Source of the DNA: Cyanophora paradoxa CCMP329
Lineage: Eukaryota; Plantae; Glaucophyta
DNA length: 64,000 nt
NCBI GenBank assembly: GCA_004431415.1
Contig: QPMI01000064.1
Coordinates: 248,001 to 312,000 of the forward strand
Reading direction: 5' to 3'
Part shown: positions 59,508-64,000 of the stretch, in pieces
Numbering within the stretch: position 1 is the first letter of the stretch
Layout of the letters: each line of letters opens with the position of its first letter
Position numbers and translations under genes: made by a program
Notes under the pieces: generated by a model
Told to the model about the DNA's origin: nothing
What the model saw: the letters and a program-made list of their open reading frames with translations, nothing else
Databases searched by the model: none

Positions 59508-62173
59508 ACCTGCAGTCCATGCCCCACATACCGTCCCGGTCTTATTGAGTGAGTTTCACACTGTGATCGCAGCTGCAGGCTGTTCGGACTCCGGGATACG
59601 GTATTTCCCGTTCTTATGATGAAATATATGGTTTCATGGCCAGGACACTTCAGAACAGATATCGATGCTAGTATGTGATACAATTCTGGATTCACAATTG
59701 CTAGAATCAGCTATGTGCAGGCTCTAATATTAATACAGGGCTAGCGCTGGGCCGAGAATCCAATTGAAATAACAGGTACGCATGTGCATACAATATAATT
59801 GTCTCATGAATTCGAACAATATGAACGGAACAGGGACACTAGTACTGCAGTTGCACTGCCCCTGTTGGAGGGGAAGGCCCTGAGGACCTCTAAAGGTTGA
59901 GCAGGATAGTTCACCCCTGCAGCTGGTCACGTTATAATTAGCTTTGAGCCGAGATAGTGTGGTAACTGTGTGGACTCTGATAGCAGCTCGATGCTTTTTT
60001 CAGAAGTGGGGGAGGACGAGATCTAGCTCAGCCGCTGAGCGGAGGACTAGATCTTGAAAAGCGCCGTTGCCCGCCGCGCGCGCCTCCGCCGCGGCGTCCC
60101 GCCCTGCGAGCCCGGCGGCCGCGCCGCCCCGAACGCGCATGCGCCCCGCCCGTCGAGACGTGCCGCCGCCCGCCGCGCCTCCGAGTCCGCCCCGCCCGGA
60201 TAGCCGCTCTGCCGCCCGCAGCGCCTCCCGCCTCGCCCGACGAGCCGCGCAGCCGCCCGTCGCGCCTCCGCCCCCGAGGAGCGGGAGGCCTAGGAGCCCG
60301 GCGCCCGGCGGCCCCTCAGGGCCTCCGCCGCGCCGGCGTTGGCCCGGCCGGCGTCGGCGCGGGCTACCGTCACTTGGTGAGGCGCTAGATCGCATTTTTC
60401 GAAAATGTGTTAAAACGTTATTGCCCATTCCTGCCAGGCTGATCGACCCGACGTCGACGGGACCGCGGCCGTTTTCGGGACCCTGATCTCCCGGTACACG
60501 TTTTCGGGCTCCTGGGGACATGCCTTGCTAGGCCGATCCGGCGAGAAAACCCGGATTTTGGGAGGTCGGGACATTTCATTTTGGCCTAGGGTGGGCTGCC
60601 GTGGGCACCCGAACACCCCTTAGTGGGGGAAGCTTTTTTTAAGGGCCGGGGAAGGGGGTCCTTCCCCAATTACTGCATCGGGCATATGATAAATCGATAT
60701 CAACTAATCGAATTGAAATCGACGTGAAACTTCAAATCGACGGAGCCATATGCGCTAGGAGCCTCGCCGAGTCGGAGGCTCGGAGCTCGAGCCTGCTAAG
60801 TATACGTAGTAGCCTGCCTAGCACGGTAGTAGCACCCCGCGCGCGCGCGGACGCCGGCGCCAACTTGTAACTTCAAGGCTTATATAATTATAAGTTATAA
60901 GTTGTGACTCTTCAATTTCGACTCTTGTGAGTTGCAACTTGCAATCCAAGTTCAACGGTTGCAAGTTTTTTTTTGCAACTTGCAACTACAATTATATGCT
61001 AGCGCTAGGCGCCGCTAGCCTGTTTTATATATATACATATATATATAATAATAGCCAGGCTAGTATCAGCATGGCATGATCATATCATATAGCATAGTAT
61101 GCATGACGTCAAGTGCAACGCCGTGACCTCGAGCCTGAGCTCGCCGCCCGGGCCGAGTCGAGCGCCTAGTTCAAGGGCTTAACTTAGTAACTTCCGAAGT
61201 TCTGAGGCCCGTACGCGCCGCGGCGTGTACATGTCATGATCACGTGACCGTCGGACCGTCGGACGACCTCGGAGGCTCGGACCGTCGGACCTTGTTTTTT
61301 CGTCACGTTCTTGTCACCGCCGGATGCATATGCATGCGCAAGCTTAAGCTACTACTAGCCTACTAGTACCTGGGAAAGATATCGATACTAGTAAAGCCTC
61401 CGACTAGGCTCCGAGTCATTAAGAAGCCTCTGAAGCGCGAGTCCGAAAAGACTCCAAAATCGTCCAAACAGGCTCCGAAAGCCTCCGATCCTGGACGGCT
61501 GTACCTAGTACTATCTAACTGACGTACTTAGGACCGGATCTGCTGGTTCGATGGTCCAGTGCCGGAGTGCGATTCGATCCGACCCCCCGCGGCCAGTACG
61601 TCGGCGCCGGCGCCGGCGCCGGCCGCGGCGGCTGCGGCGCGGCCGGCGCCGCCGGCGGTGGTAGACTAGTAATACGTAGGGCACTAAATTAAATTACGGC
61701 TGGGGCCGCTGCCGGCGCTGCGCGGCCTGGGAGGCTGGGAGCCTGGGACTCTGGCCAGCCCCAGTGGGAGGCTGGGCGGCTCAGCGGCTGGGAGGCTGGG
61801 CGGCCTGGGGCATGGGCCCCGCGCCGGGCGCCGCGGCGGCCCCGCGCCGCCGGCCGGCCCGGCCCGGCCCGGCCGGCGGGCTAGCGCTCGCCGACTCGAC
61901 GCCGAGTCGGCCGGCCCGGCCCGGGCCGGCCGGCGGCCGGCCGGCGCGGCCCCGGGGGCCGGGGCCCGGGCCCGGGCCCCGGGCCCGGGGCCCCGGGGGC
62001 CGGGGCCCGGACCGGACCGTCGGACGGACTCGGACGGGAGTCGGTCGGAGTCCGTCGGACTCCGGGACTCGGTCCTCACTGACTCCTCAGTCGGACCCCA
62101 CATGTAGAGCCTCGGAGGGCCCAGACTCCAGAGGCCCCAGACTCTGAGACCGTCGGACTGTATCATATACCGG

Positions 62174-62427
62174 TACTGTAAACGTAGGAATCTTCGACAG
62201 CGTCTTTATTTCGTCTATATTCGTCAGCCCTGCACTTTGACGAATATTTGATACTCTTGAACTGAAATTTTGTATGGAGAGGGGTACTAATTATAATATA
62301 ACGGCTGACCCTTCTATGGCGGAGTCGCGGGGCTGACGAAAATTTGATGCCGTCGAACCATATTTTCGTCACGATTTTCGAGTTTTGTCGAAATTAAGTC
62401 TCGACGAACATTTCTACGTTTACAGTA
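62174..62427. mobile_element. MITE, Tc1/mariner-pogo-like, same end type as 43336-43586
   Basis: Perfect 14-bp inverted ends TACTGTAAACGTAG ... CTACGTTTACAGTA. Confidence 0.8.
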
Positions 62428-64000
62428 CTACTAGGCTAGTAGGTAGTACGAGCTTATACTCACTGAGTCAGCAGGCTATGATACGTATACGCCGTCACGA
62501 TGGTCACGGCCGCGGTGCACATCTAGATCTACCGGTAGATCTGCGCGCGGCGGACGTCGACTCGGGAGCTCGATCGAGCCTGGCGAGCTGGAGTGCCACC
62601 GTGGCACGGTGGAGCGGCAGCACGCCGGCAGTACGCCAGCAACGTGTACGTTCAAACGGTTTACGAACAAAAGTCTCATGGAGAGCGCCGGCCTTCCCCC
62701 GTTTTCGAGCGCGAGCAACAGCGCTAGCCGCTGCGAGACGCCCTCCGCGTCGGACAGTGATCCCGAGCTCTTCCCGTTCGAATTCGGCCGATCACTTCAC
62801 AGCAAGCCTACCTCCAGCGCCCCTCCGCTGATGCGCTTGTTCAGGGCGCTGAATGCTGTGGCACAAGACGAGGCGCCGGCCTCGCCCCCGTCGCCGCGGC
62901 CGAGTTCGCCGCTGCGCGGGCGCCGGCGCAAGTCTAGATCTGCAGAACCAGCGGCACACTCGGCCACCTCGTCGCCATCGCCAGCCGATGTCGATGCATC
63001 TGTGCGCTGCTTCAATTTGAATATTATTATCAATTTGACACCGATGTATACGTATATATATGCTGACCGTGCGGTCGGATTTGCCACGTGCACAGGGCAC
63101 AGCGCTGGATTTTGCTGTTCACCAGGCGCTGGCTATGGCCTTGAGGGGCGAACAGCACGCGCACGCGAGCCTTGAAAGCCTTGCGAAACGAACTCGAAAT
63201 CTGCCTCGCTTCCCCACATGCCCACATGTTCACCTCCCAACTCCCCATCCCCCTGGCGGGCGCGGCGCGGATCCGCGGCCGGAGCTACAGGCGGTGCCGG
63301 CGCCCGCGCCGTATCTCTCCCTGGCGCCCATGGCCGCGCTGGAGATTGCCCCCCGCGCGCCCTGTGACCGCGACGCCAGGGCCATCTTTTGTGCGTCCGC
63401 TTTTTGAAACCTGTCTGCCAACTGTCTAGATCTTAACATTGCCTTTGGCCTGACATTTTTCTGCGCAGGGACTACAGACCCCAGCTGTTATGCCTTTTCG
63501 CAGCGATACAAGAGGCGACGCGTTCCGCTTCAAATTAATTCTAGACTTGCTGCGGCTGATCATAAGGACTACAGCTAGTATATTTAAATATGAAACTGAC
63601 GCTTTCGATTTCAGTGTACGTGCATGTATACGTACGGTAGGGGCCGAAAGGCAATGGGCTGAAATCTAGTTCTTTTACTCGATCGCGATAAGCTGCATTT
63701 TTTTCGTTTAGACTACTCTGATAGCTAACAAACTTTCGATCTGCCCAACAGGTATTTAACTGCAGTAGTGCAGTTCCTATCACAGTGTCGCATTTTCGCG
63801 ATCGTTATTATTACGTCTTCTTTGCGTGTATCATAATATTGTAAATTATCGCGCATGAGCAGCGTCTGGATGCCGCCCCCCGGGACCGAAAGACCGCCGC
63901 CCCCCACCCAAGGGTCGCTTCGTGCAATCGTTCAGATGTAAACCCTAACGAACAGACCGCTCTCTTGCGGTTGGGCGGCCGGGCTAGGTCCCGCCCTTCA

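Noticed and set aside
60000-63440. Several GC-rich ORFs (173, 160, 188 aa)
   Set aside because: Low-complexity or palindromic sequence with no recognisable domain; cannot be supported as genes

Overview
Eukaryotic (protist-like, intron-rich) genomic DNA. Left: a very large spliced minus-strand gene for a cysteine-rich (GCC2/GCC3, ephrin-receptor-like repeat) surface protein, with a homogenised ~1 kb exon-intron tandem array (1-~13.3 kb). Centre: an apparently complete 25.5-kb endogenous Polinton-like virus (16508-42019). It has 1021-bp TIRs beginning TGTTG and ending CAACA and a 6-bp TSD GGCGCC. It encodes pPolB, an rve integrase, a packaging ATPase, an NCLDV-like major capsid protein, two pentons, a patatin lipase and an array of phage-like fibre genes; I found no adenain protease. 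Unusual parts of the virus: (i) each TIR carries an HNH-AP2 endonuclease gene bracketed by duplicated copies of the genome terminus; (ii) a four-exon, spliceosomal-intron-containing gene derived from a CRESS-DNA-virus Rep, with an SF3 helicase and a degenerate HUH domain; (iii) four fibre paralogues with a shared N-terminal domain and swapped heads, plus a long fibre gene split by a 1-nt homopolymer frameshift. The virus sits inside a non-autonomous hAT-like element, which itself sits in the TIR of a hAT-like MITE; all three layers keep their TSDs. Right: MITE-rich DNA, a spliced Vps34 PI3-kinase gene, two hypothetical genes and a myristoylated EF-hand protein gene. All calls come from reading motifs by eye; no searches were run.
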